Assembly: GCA_036401015.1 (NCBI GenBank)
Contig: DASWWD010000003.1
Span: forward strand, 37,912-101,911
Source: Lacunisphaera sp.
GTDB lineage: Bacteria > Verrucomicrobiota > Verrucomicrobiia > Opitutales > Opitutaceae
Length of the DNA: 64,000 bases
Reading direction: 5' to 3'
The notes under the pieces: model-generated
Seen by the model: only the letters and a program-made list of their open reading frames with translations
What the model was told of the DNA's origin: nothing
Databases searched by the model: none
Translations under genes and position numbers: made by a program
Shown here: positions 1-7,777 of the stretch, piece after piece
Layout: every line of letters begins with the position of its first letter
Numbering within the stretch: the stretch's first letter is position 1

Positions 1-1103
1 GGGAGGGTCACGAGCGTGCCGTTGCTTGCCACGCGCTTGGTGGCCGGCTTCGGCCGCTGGCGGCGGTCGAGCACGGGCTGGCCGGCCACATCGAGCTCCA
101 CGGAGCGGACCTCCTTGTAGTAACGCTGGCCCGCGTCCACGAAATCGGTCGTCAGCACCCCGATACGGTAGTCGAGCTGCTTCTCGTCGAAGAGCTGGCG
201 GAAACGCCGGAGGTTGTCGGCGATGCGGCCCTGGTGCGCCGCCATGGACGGCGAGTTGTTGATGACAAACACGAGGTCGACCTCGCGGCTCTTGGTGCGG
301 TCCGCGGTGAGGTGCTTGAGGTCGCGGATCGGCTCCACGTTGACCACGATGACGTTCTCCACGCCGAGCGCCGGGTTGTTCTCGTCCGAGGTGTAGTAGC
401 CGAACCGGTCCTCGCCGATGAAGCCCGGATTGGGCGCATAGGTCAGCCGCCCGGTGCTCCGTTCGAGCCGGGCGGTGCCGTGCTGCGGCCGGGCCTTGTC
501 GTCCAGGGCGTAGATCACCTTCGCGTCGGTGATTTCGGCGCGGTCCGCCTCGGTCATGAAGTCCTGGTGATTCGGGACCTGATGGACGACATTGGTGTTC
601 GGCCGGGTCGTCAGCGTGACCGGCAGCACGTTCAGGGGGCGCTCGCGGTCCTTCTCGACGACGAATTTTTCGAGCTGCAGCGGCGCCAGGGGCGTCACGG
701 TGATGACCACGCGGTTCCGGAAGACCAGGCCCGAGTTCTCGTTGCGCACGGTGTAGGTGAACGAGTCCTCGCCGACGTAGTTCTCCCTCGGCTGATAGGC
801 GAAATAGCCCAGGCGCGAGGTCTTGTTGTTGTAGAAATTGTCCTCATCCGCCCCACCCGCCAGTCCCACGCGGCCGGACTGCGGCTCGGCGATAATCGTG
901 TAGACCAGGTCGCTGGACGACCCGGTGCCGGCGACCTCGGGGCCGACCACGAGCTGCCCGGACACGCCGGTGCCCGGGGCCTCGAGCTTCATGGGTGTCG
1001 CGGAGACGATCTCGGTGTCCTCGGCGAAGGCCGGCGCCGCGGCCAGCAGGGAGACGAGGCAAAACGCGCGCAGCCACGCAGAGAAATGGGTTTTGAGATT
1101 CAT
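1..1103 (-). CDS. Secreted protein with two Ig-like/cadherin-like repeats followed by a vWA domain; runs off the window edge
   Basis: Translated by hand (absent from the ORF track): ATG at 1103; signal-like MNLKTHFSAWLRAFCLVSLLAAAPAFA; repeats YFAYQPRENYVGEDSFTYTV and LTYAPNPGFIGEDRFGYYT; vWA start VDLVFVINNSPSM...DYRIGVLTTD; no stop before position 1. Confidence 0.8.
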   Translation of the reverse strand, partial: MNLKTHFSAWLRAFCLVSLLAAAPAFAEDTEIVSATPMKLEAPGTGVSGQLVVGPEVAGTGSSSDLVYTIIAEPQSGRVGLAGGADEDNFYNNKTSRLGYFAYQPRENYVGEDSFTYTVRNENSGLVFRNRVVITVTPLAPLQLEKFVVEKDRERPLNVLPVTLTTRPNTNVVHQVPNHQDFMTEADRAEITDAKVIYALDDKARPQHGTARLERSTGRLTYAPNPGFIGEDRFGYYTSDENNPALGVENVIVVNVEPIRDLKHLTADRTKSREVDLVFVINNSPSMAAHQGRIADNLRRFRQLFDEKQLDYRIGVLTTDFVDAGQRYYKEVRSVELDVAGQPVLDRRQRPKPATKRVASNGTLVTL

Positions 1104-1163
1104 GGTGTTGAAGCTAACGGCTTTAGTGTCTGCCAACATTCACAAGTTCCGCCAAGCTTAGTG

Positions 1164-1327
1164 TCTCACGCAGAGGCGCGGAGACGCGGAGAAATATTTT
1201 TTTAACCGCAAAGAACGCAGGGAGCTCAAAAAGGATAACCAAGGCAGTTTAACGCAAAGGCGCAAAGACGCCAAGAAGACGGGCTCTTGCCCCAATCCCT
1301 TTGCGCCTTCGCGTCTTTGCGTTGAAT
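1164..1327. repeat. Cluster of 8-nt periodic repeats, including a full hairpin at 1247-1327
   Basis: CGCAGAGG CGCGGAGA CGCGGAGA at about 1169; GTTTAAC-GCAAAGG CGCAAAGA CGCCAAGA ... CTTTGCGCC TTCGCGTC TTTGC-GTTGAAT. Confidence 0.75.
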
Positions 1328-1358
1328 TCAGACAGGCCTGCGGCAGGCCAACCCTGAC

Positions 1359-1904
1359 TCAATCCTGTTCCTTGGTCCGTGATGTCTTCGACTTTTTCCA
1401 CGGTCCGGGCGCGCCGGTCGAGGTATGCGGCGCGCGCGTCACGGTCCGGTGCGGCTTGGCCGCGGCTCCCGGGTCCTTGCTCCCGGCTCCCTGCTCTTGC
1501 AGCGCTTTGAGGAGCTCCGCCGGGAAATCAGCCATCTCGGCCACCTGGCGGATCTCGATCACGTCGCCGTCCTCCGCCGGGCAGCGCTTCCACCAGTCAA
1601 CGACCTGCTGCTTGGTCTTGGCCTCGACCAGCCAGTAGCCGCCAACCACTTCCTTGGAGTCCACCGCCGGGCCGTCCGTCACGGTCGGCTTGCCTCCGGC
1701 AAAGGCCAGACGCGCGCCCTTCGCCAGCGGCGCGAGGCCGTCCACGTCGCGCAACGCGCCGGCCTGCTTGAGCTCGTCGTTAAACCGGCCCATGGCGGCC
1801 ATCAGCCGGGCCGTCTTCTTCGGATCGGCGGAAAAGTCCGGGTTCTGCTGCTTGCCGTCTTTGGGCTGATAACCCGCGGGGATCATGAATACGAGGAAGC
1901 GCAT
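1359..1904 (-). CDS. YciI/DGPF-family protein with low-complexity C-terminal tail
   Basis: MRFLVFMIP start; TDGPAVDSKEVVGGYWL (DGPF-like motif); IEIRQVAE. Confidence 0.85.
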   Translation of the reverse strand: MRFLVFMIPAGYQPKDGKQQNPDFSADPKKTARLMAAMGRFNDELKQAGALRDVDGLAPLAKGARLAFAGGKPTVTDGPAVDSKEVVGGYWLVEAKTKQQVVDWWKRCPAEDGDVIEIRQVAEMADFPAELLKALQEQGAGSKDPGAAAKPHRTVTRAPHTSTGAPGPWKKSKTSRTKEQD

Positions 1905-1941
1905 ATAATTTCAGGGGGTTGGAGGAGACCTTCACCTATTC

Positions 1942-1967
1942 AACGATGGAAGACCACCAAACGGACA
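1942..1967 (-). promoter_or_regulatory. Putative ECF-sigma-type promoter upstream of the YciI gene
   Basis: Minus strand TGTCCGT-N15-CGTT, resembling the TGTC...CGTC motifs recalled upstream of YciI genes; inference only. Confidence 0.35.
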
Positions 1968-2082
1968 TCCCGTAACGTTGAAACTAACGTAAAGCCGCGG
2001 AGCCACAGGGCTCTTCGGCCCCACTCACCCGAGGAATTGACCACGGATGGAAGGCATCCCGGGAATTAACGCGCCCGGCCAT

Positions 2083-2170
2083 ATTGTTCATTTTTCAATG
2101 TTCATCGTTCGTTGTTCATTAGGTTCCGAGCCAATGAACATTGAACATTGAAAAATGAACGATGAACAAT
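2083..2170. repeat. Heptamer-periodic palindromic element with ATTGTTC...GAACAAT termini (copy 1)
   Basis: ATTGTTCATTTTTCAATGTTCATCGTTCGTTGTTCATT ... AATGAACATTGAACATTGAAAAATGAACGATGAACAAT; abuts the rhomboid stop codon. Confidence 0.8.
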
Positions 2171-2917
2171 TCAGGCGGGCCTCGCCGCCGCGGCCCGCTC
2201 GCGCCACAGCAGCATCAGCAGGAAACCGATGGCCGCGCCGCCCAGGTGGGCGAAGTGGGCCACGCCGGCGCCGAAGAGGGAAAACCCCGTGACGCCGGAC
2301 AGCAGGTCGAGGCCGAGGAGGACCGGGATGAAGTATTTCGCCGCCACCGGCACCGGCACGAACATCAGGGCGAGCTTGGCGTTGGGATGGAGCACGCCGA
2401 ACGCGACCAGCACGCCGTAGATCGCGCCCGAGGCGCCGACCATGGGGCGCGAGAAAATCCCGTAGAGCTCGACGAGAACGGCCCGCACCGCCGGGTCGGT
2501 CGGCAGCCGGCCCTTTCCGGCCAGGAGCAGCGCCTTGATTTCGGGGGCGGTCATGCCCGCCGCGACGAGGCGTTCGTGGAGCCCGGCAAACTCATACGCA
2601 TAGACGCCCAGCTGGACGAGGCCGGCGCCCACGCCGCAGAGGAAATAGAAGAGCAGGAAGCGCGGCGCCCCCCACTCCCGTTCCAGGATCGCCCCGAAGG
2701 AGACGAGGGCGAACATGTTGAAGAAGATGTGGCCGATATCCGCGTGCAGGAACATGTAGGACACCACCTGCCACGGCTGAAAAAGGGGGTTCTGCAGGAA
2801 CCAGACCGCGCCCTGCTCGAGGACCATATTGTGCCAAGCCGGCACGAAGGGACCCGGGGCAAACACCAGGATATTGATGATGAGCAGGCCTAGGGTCGCC
2901 CGGGGGATTCCGTTCAT
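2171..2917 (-). CDS. Rhomboid-family intramembrane serine protease
   Basis: SYMFLHAD..HIFFNM, GASGAIYG catalytic Ser motif, AHFAHLGGA; start taken at MNGIPR. Confidence 0.92.
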   Translation of the reverse strand: MNGIPRATLGLLIINILVFAPGPFVPAWHNMVLEQGAVWFLQNPLFQPWQVVSYMFLHADIGHIFFNMFALVSFGAILEREWGAPRFLLFYFLCGVGAGLVQLGVYAYEFAGLHERLVAAGMTAPEIKALLLAGKGRLPTDPAVRAVLVELYGIFSRPMVGASGAIYGVLVAFGVLHPNAKLALMFVPVPVAAKYFIPVLLGLDLLSGVTGFSLFGAGVAHFAHLGGAAIGFLLMLLWRERAAAARPA

Positions 2918-2966
2918 GTCCCCAACGTGGCACCCACCCCGCCCGGCGACGAACACAAATCGGGAG

Positions 2967-3099
2967 ATTGTTCAGCGTTCATTTTTCAATGTTCAGTGTT
3001 CATCGGCCTGAACCCTTGGACCCGAGCGTGGGAGGGGTTTTATACCCCGCCGTCCATATGCTCGAACCGCTGAGCATTGGATATTGAACGATGAACAAT
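2967..3099. repeat. ATTGTTC...GAACAAT palindromic element (copy 2) enclosing a GTGG-headed hairpin
   Basis: ATTGTTCAGCGTTCATTTTTCAATGTTCAGTGTTCAT ... ATTGAACGATGAACAAT; internal GTGGGA-GGGGT-TTTAT-ACCCC at 3028-3048. Confidence 0.75.
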
Positions 3100-3108
3100 G
3101 GCCCTTCG

Positions 3109-3134
3109 GTAGGGGCCGTTGCCCTCAACGGCCC
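3109..3134 (+). repeat. REP-like GTAG-headed hairpin
   Basis: GTAG + GGGCCGTTG-CCCT-CAACGGCCC (perfect 9-bp stem). Confidence 0.65.
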
Positions 3135-3147
3135 AGGCGGTTGGGGG

Positions 3148-3255
3148 CATCCGCGCCCCCTCGGGATCAAGCTGGTGCTCAAAGAGGATGAGCAGGTCGT
3201 CGGAGCGAACCTCGCGGAGAGAAACCCTAGACGTGATGACAGGTGTCGTGTCCAC
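3148..3255 (-). pseudogene. 5' fragment of a RimJ/RimL-type GNAT acetyltransferase
   Basis: VSLREVRSDDLLILFEHQLDPEGARM resembles a GNAT N-terminus; the frame then runs into REP/palindrome sequence and stops at 3040. Confidence 0.6.
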
Positions 3256-3341
3256 AGTTTGAGCCGGCAGGCGGCCCTGAAGGTAAATCCCAGAAAATCA
3301 GTTGCCCAAGCACCAAAACCTGACCCTTAGGCCTCTCTTTC

Positions 3342-4121
3342 TTATGCAAGCCACAATAGGGACATGACTACACCGTAGTTGTGAAACCTTATCGACTGTT
3401 CATACAAATCTCCTGAGCGCCTGGGCAGGTGGGGAAACCATGCGCCCCAATCAACTGGACGCATGTCGCCGCTAGAAATCCCGGTAACTGCAACGTCTGC
3501 CGCACAAGATCCCTTCTGTAGCTTCTGTGCCTTCTCTAGGTAAACATACTCCATGGTCTCTTCATTCCGTCGCCACCAATCAACTGTGCCAGCGCTCGAG
3601 AAGACGACAATGACCGGATGTCCAAATTTCGAAACATAGCGAAGCGCTGCCGCGGTCATGGAAACATTAAAGCGCTCCGCAAGGCTTTCTATTAAAGCCA
3701 AGCTGGGTTCGGCTGTTCTGTGCTGCGGCAACATCATTTTCATTGGGAGTAGTAAGGAAGAAGCGAAAGCATTGGCTTCGATTTCCTCTACACTTGAGTC
3801 ATAGTCATGCATGTTCTCCGCGGTGCACATGAACACTTGAGTCCTTCCCTTGTGCAGCACCCAATGACCAAGCTCGTGCGCCAGAGCAAAGCGGCGCCTC
3901 CCAACGTCATCCAATGCGGCATTAATTGTGATCCCACCCTTATCACCGACTCGGACAAGGTGTGCATCTGCGCCCGAAAGAGGCCTATAGGTGACTTCAA
4001 TCCCTAACGCATATGCGAGATCCTCTAAGATGATTTCAGATGGCCTGTGAATGGAATACTCATCTAAAAGGCTCTGTGCCTTGGTCTCGGCAAGGAACAG
4101 TCTCGGTTGCGCAGCGCTCAC
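3342..4121 (-). CDS. ImmA/IrrE (PprI/CapP-like) Zn metallo-endopeptidase
   Basis: RRRFALAHELGHWVLH (HExxH) plus EEIEANAFASSLLLP third-ligand motif; C-terminal extension as in IrrE-type proteins. Confidence 0.9.
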   Translation of the reverse strand: MSAAQPRLFLAETKAQSLLDEYSIHRPSEIILEDLAYALGIEVTYRPLSGADAHLVRVGDKGGITINAALDDVGRRRFALAHELGHWVLHKGRTQVFMCTAENMHDYDSSVEEIEANAFASSLLLPMKMMLPQHRTAEPSLALIESLAERFNVSMTAAALRYVSKFGHPVIVVFSSAGTVDWWRRNEETMEYVYLEKAQKLQKGSCAADVAVTGISSGDMRPVDWGAWFPHLPRRSGDLYEQSIRFHNYGVVMSLLWLA

Positions 4122-4552
4122 TTGTTATCGTTTCGCTTAGCCTGTCGTTTCAACTGCTCGTAAATCGCAATCAGATCTTCAGGAGGACTATTCTCCCAAT
4201 TCCGTCCGAACACTGCAGCTGCATCCGAAGGTTCAAGTGACTCCAGAAATTTTTTAATCTCTGCAACAATGGTTTGCGCCGAGCGCGCGGTAAATGCCTT
4301 TTGCTCAGGTTGTGCGGCCGCAAGTCTTTCTTTTCGCACAAACTCCAGAGGTTTTTCTGCTGGTTTGGGATAAAGATGTGACTGAAACGCCTTCCATGTC
4401 GCCTCAGGATCAATACCTGCCTCAACCAATGCTTGAGCCACCTCGGCTGATGAAAGCTTTTCTGTTCCGTCCTGCGTTCCATAAGCGAGATCGAATACCG
4501 ATTTCGCGAAATTACTGGGATTAGTAACCGGACGTTGATGCGGATTATTCAT
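4118..4552 (-). CDS. Small soluble helical hypothetical protein (candidate anti-sigma / protease substrate)
   Basis: 144 aa, no TM segment; ATGA-type 4-bp overlaps with both neighbours. Confidence 0.75.
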   Translation of the reverse strand: MNNPHQRPVTNPSNFAKSVFDLAYGTQDGTEKLSSAEVAQALVEAGIDPEATWKAFQSHLYPKPAEKPLEFVRKERLAAAQPEQKAFTARSAQTIVAEIKKFLESLEPSDAAAVFGRNWENSPPEDLIAIYEQLKRQAKRNDNK

Positions 4553-5193
4553 TGCTGTGCCCTCTCAAATTTTCGCAGAGCCGTAGCCAAGCGACGACGA
4601 GTGTTATAGACCTCTCCTTCAGAAATGCCGATCCGTTTTGCGATCGTTTTTGCGGGACGATCGATGCCTTCGTCACGAATCAGCATGAGCATGGCGACCA
4701 GATTTTTGTCCTTTTTACAGAATTCAATAAAGCGAGTCGCCCGCGCACTAGATTGTGCCAGCTGCTCGGGAGTGAATTTTTCAGTGCGCGGATCCCAATA
4801 GGGAGTTGATGTATCGAGCAGGTCTACTTCGCGACCAAACTTGTCTTCACTGACGTGATCGGAGCGATGAGTATTTTCATAACCAGTCGCAAGATGGTTT
4901 GCTAGGCTGCGCGCAATGCATCGAAAAGCGACGTCTACGGAAACGTCAGCGGCGAAAGTGCGGACACCAGACATGACCGACATATAAATACGGCCAAAAA
5001 GATCCACGGCCGCCTGCCCTCCAGGTGCGCAGCGATCAGCAGTAGAGACACACCAGTGCTTGGTGTGAATCATTCGTTCAATTTCCAGCAGCAGGTCAAA
5101 ATATCTCTGTTTGCCTTCAGGAGCCTTGAAAAAGGCTTCGACACGTTGGGGGCACGTTAAATGGATTTCTTCCATAGGTTGGCCCGAATGCAT
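4549..5193 (-). CDS. Divergent ECF-sigma-like protein with C-terminal HTH
   Basis: C-terminal AKTIAKRIGISEGEVYNTRRRLATALRK is a sigma region-4-like HTH; weak region-2-like segment FRCIARSLANH; start could be 5175. Confidence 0.7.
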   Translation of the reverse strand: MHSGQPMEEIHLTCPQRVEAFFKAPEGKQRYFDLLLEIERMIHTKHWCVSTADRCAPGGQAAVDLFGRIYMSVMSGVRTFAADVSVDVAFRCIARSLANHLATGYENTHRSDHVSEDKFGREVDLLDTSTPYWDPRTEKFTPEQLAQSSARATRFIEFCKKDKNLVAMLMLIRDEGIDRPAKTIAKRIGISEGEVYNTRRRLATALRKFERAQQ

Positions 5194-5264
5194 AAGATGG
5201 CATCGGGGAATGCGTTGGCAATGGGATTCTGGAGCACATGAGGGATGTGAGGCATATTCAGTAA

Positions 5265-5345
5265 TACCGGCGAAATACGCGAATTTACCGTCTTAGCTGA
5301 AATTTTCCGCGAATTCTGCAAAAACAGGAAGTTCGCCGGTAGAAT
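5265..5345. promoter_or_regulatory. Divergent control region: 10-bp inverted repeat, direct repeat, and possible sigma70-like promoter for the Ubl operon
   Basis: TACCGGCGAA (5265-5274) / TTCGCCGGTA (5332-5341); CGCGAATT at 5278 and 5308; CTGCAA-N18-TAGAAT (5316-5345). Confidence 0.45.
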
Positions 5346-5414
5346 ACATCAGGCCGAAGCCGGATTCACTGGCTTCAAGCGAAGTCGAATCACCAACAAC
5401 CAAACTACAAATCC

Positions 5415-5699
5415 ATGAGTAATCCCAATCCCCAGGAACCCCCTGGTCATAACAAGCCTGTCACCATCACCGTCAACGGCCGGTCGGTAACAGTCACCAA
5501 AGACCGTTACACCTACGAGGAGATCGTCGCCATCGCGTTTCCTTCGCCGGACTTCGGGAACAACACCTACAAGGTGACCTATTTTAAGGAGGCCGACAAG
5601 AAGGGCGAGCCGCCGCATGAGCGCACCCTGACGCCGGGTGAATCCGTAAACGTCAAGGACGGCATGGTTTTTACCGTTGTCCGTTCCATCAAGTCCTAA
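5415..5699 (+). CDS. Multiubiquitin-domain (beta-grasp) ubiquitin-like protein
   Basis: VTITVNGRSVTV...YTYEEIVAIAF...YKVTY...LTPGESVNVKDGMVFTVVRSIKS matches the Multi_ubiq pattern; ends in Ser, no Gly. Confidence 0.85.
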   Translation: MSNPNPQEPPGHNKPVTITVNGRSVTVTKDRYTYEEIVAIAFPSPDFGNNTYKVTYFKEADKKGEPPHERTLTPGESVNVKDGMVFTVVRSIKS

Positions 5700-5701
5700 A
5701 C

Positions 5702-6886
5702 TTGGCTACCTCCGCCGAAATTATCACGGCCAGCCCTGATCTCAAGGCCCTCTTCGATGATGGCTTTGAGGTCGGGGTAAAGGCTTCATATCTGCTGGTG
5801 AGAAATGTCCCTTACCTGGACGACCGGCGGGCCGTCTGTCGTGGCACCCTGATTATGGTATTGCCCATGGCCACCGACATCATCGTTGGCAAACCACCGG
5901 ACCATGTGACCTTCTTTGCCGGTAAGATGCCGCACTTCTCGAATGGCGACCCTATTAATGCCATTCTTCATGAGAAAAACAGCTTTAATCTTGCCGACGG
6001 CGTCGCAGCTTCCTTCCGCTTTTCAAGTCGGCCGGAGCCCGCTGATCCTGACTTCAATGCGAAAGTCCGTCGCTATGTGGATCTCCTTTCCGGCCCCGCT
6101 CGGGTGATTGACCCTCACGCCACTGCTCAGACCCGCCAAATCCTAGAGGTAACAGATGAAGACTCACCTTTCGTTTACGCCGACTCCCACTCTGCCAGAG
6201 CGCAGATTGTGCCCATTACAGCCAAACTCAAGGGCGGCATCATCGGCATCGTGGGATTGGGTGGCACTGGTTCTTATGTCTTGGACGCTGTCGCCAAGTG
6301 CCCCGTGCAAGAGATTCACGTATTCGACGACGATGAATTTTCCCTGAATAACGCCTATCGATCCCCGGGGGCCCCAACCCTTACCGAGCTGCGCGCTCGG
6401 ATGACAAAGGTCGCCTACCATACGGCGATTTACCTTCGCATGCATCGTCGCGTTCATCCTCATGAGACGCGTATCACCGCGGCCAATGTAGAGGAGCTCG
6501 CCAAGTTGAGCTTTGCATTCCTTTGCATGGATCCCGGGCCGGATAAAGCGGCCGTCGTCGCTTTTTTGGTCGATAGGAAAATTCCTTTCATCGACACGGG
6601 CCTGGGCGTAGAGGCCGGGAATGATCAGCTGCACGGCATCGTCAACACCATCACGGTAACCCCGGCACACCACACGCACATCGGCAACGTGCCGGTGAAA
6701 TCCGGCGGCGCCGACGAGCTCTATGCCAGCAACATCCAGATCGCCGAGCTCAACATGCTCAACGCGGTCATGGCCGTAATACGGTGGAAGAAGCACATGG
6801 GCTTCTATGCCAATGATCGCCATGAGCATGAGAGCAGCTACAGCATCGGCCCCAACATGCTCACCAATGAAGAAATTCACCGTTGA
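5702..6886 (+). CDS. E2-like (DUF6791-type) - ThiF/E1 adenylyltransferase fusion
   Basis: TTG start 2 bp after the Ubl stop; N-terminal LLVRNVPYL...DHVTFFAG...FSSRP; IVGLGGTGS nucleotide-binding loop, FDDDEF..NAYRSPG, FIDTGLG, NIQIAELN. Confidence 0.9.
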   Translation: MATSAEIITASPDLKALFDDGFEVGVKASYLLVRNVPYLDDRRAVCRGTLIMVLPMATDIIVGKPPDHVTFFAGKMPHFSNGDPINAILHEKNSFNLADGVAASFRFSSRPEPADPDFNAKVRRYVDLLSGPARVIDPHATAQTRQILEVTDEDSPFVYADSHSARAQIVPITAKLKGGIIGIVGLGGTGSYVLDAVAKCPVQEIHVFDDDEFSLNNAYRSPGAPTLTELRARMTKVAYHTAIYLRMHRRVHPHETRITAANVEELAKLSFAFLCMDPGPDKAAVVAFLVDRKIPFIDTGLGVEAGNDQLHGIVNTITVTPAHHTHIGNVPVKSGGADELYASNIQIAELNMLNAVMAVIRWKKHMGFYANDRHEHESSYSIGPNMLTNEEIHR

Positions 6887-7253
6887 ATTCGTTGAGCACA
6901 TGCCGCAGCCGCTTGAGACAGGCGTGCTGTATGTTTCGATCCGCTTTCGTCTGGTAGCCCACAACTGCCCGTGTGGTTGCGGCAATGAAGTGGTGACGAA
7001 TCTCTCGCCCACCGGATGGCGGCTGACTTTTAACGGCCACACAATTTCTCTGCACCCTTCGATCGGCAACTGGGATTTCCCCTGCCGCTCTCACTACTGG
7101 ATTCGGCAAAATACTGTGCAATGGGCCGAATCATGGACCGACCGGAAAATCGCACAGGCAAAGCGCGAGCAGGACCACGCCAATTCGGACCTCGGTCTTA
7201 AGGAGCCAGTCCGCCGTCGCCCATTTTGGCAGCGTTTGTTGGGTAGCGAATAA
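6867..7253 (+). CDS. DUF6527-family protein (putative Ubl-processing protease)
   Basis: ATG at 6867 overlapping the E1 3' end; GVLYVS, HNCPCGCG, ISLHPSIGNW, PCRSHYWI motifs. Confidence 0.85.
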   Translation: MKKFTVEFVEHMPQPLETGVLYVSIRFRLVAHNCPCGCGNEVVTNLSPTGWRLTFNGHTISLHPSIGNWDFPCRSHYWIRQNTVQWAESWTDRKIAQAKREQDHANSDLGLKEPVRRRPFWQRLLGSE

Positions 7254-7264
7254 CCTCGCCTCTC

Positions 7265-7777
7265 GTGATACCCAATCCCACAGAGGTCGAAGAAACCGAA
7301 GTCACAGGCCAATTAATCGATCGGATTGGTCAGGGATACCGCTATGTGCTGACTATGGACCGCCGCGCGCGCTACTGGCACGTATTCGCCGGCTCTGCAC
7401 GGATTGCTGAGGCGCTGTGCACCCTGCTTGATGACGATGTCTTTAATATCGGCGACCTACATGTCCGTCACAACATCGCTGTCCCACAGACCTTCCTCCA
7501 GAGCTTTTTTTGCCAACCCGTCCGGCAAATCGATTATCGGCGCCGCGGACTAGGTGCTGCGTTGCTCGATCAGGTCCTAGTTCACGCACGGGAGTGTGGC
7601 TGCCGCAAGGTGACAGGCATAATCTCCATCTTCGACCTAGAAGAATTTTCGGAACTCATCGCCTGGTATGAACGCTTTGGATTCCAATATATTCCTGAAA
7701 CGCCAGGCACTCGGGTCGCTGGTAATCTCACATTAGATATAAACTCGTTGCCAGACGTTTCCAAAATCGTCGCATGA
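7265..7777 (+). CDS. GNAT-family acetyltransferase
   Basis: GTG start 11 bp after DUF6527; acetyl-CoA motif A YRRRGLGAALL; WYERFGF. Confidence 0.75.
   Translation: MIPNPTEVEETEVTGQLIDRIGQGYRYVLTMDRRARYWHVFAGSARIAEALCTLLDDDVFNIGDLHVRHNIAVPQTFLQSFFCQPVRQIDYRRRGLGAALLDQVLVHARECGCRKVTGIISIFDLEEFSELIAWYERFGFQYIPETPGTRVAGNLTLDINSLPDVSKIVA

Noticed and set aside
1247-1327. Hairpin with integron attC-like ends (GTTTAAC ... GTTGAAT, 81 bp)
   Set aside because: Core boxes fit RYYYAAC/GTTRRRY, but the arms pair in register with no extrahelical base, sister elements lack the consensus, and there is no integrase in the window. Treated as the 8-nt repeat family.
5415-7253. Calling the Ubl-ThiF pair a thiamine/molybdopterin sulfur-transfer operon
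   Set aside because: The Ubl lacks the C-terminal GG, the ThiF lacks Zn CxxC motifs and is fused to an E2-like domain, and no thi/moa genes are adjacent.
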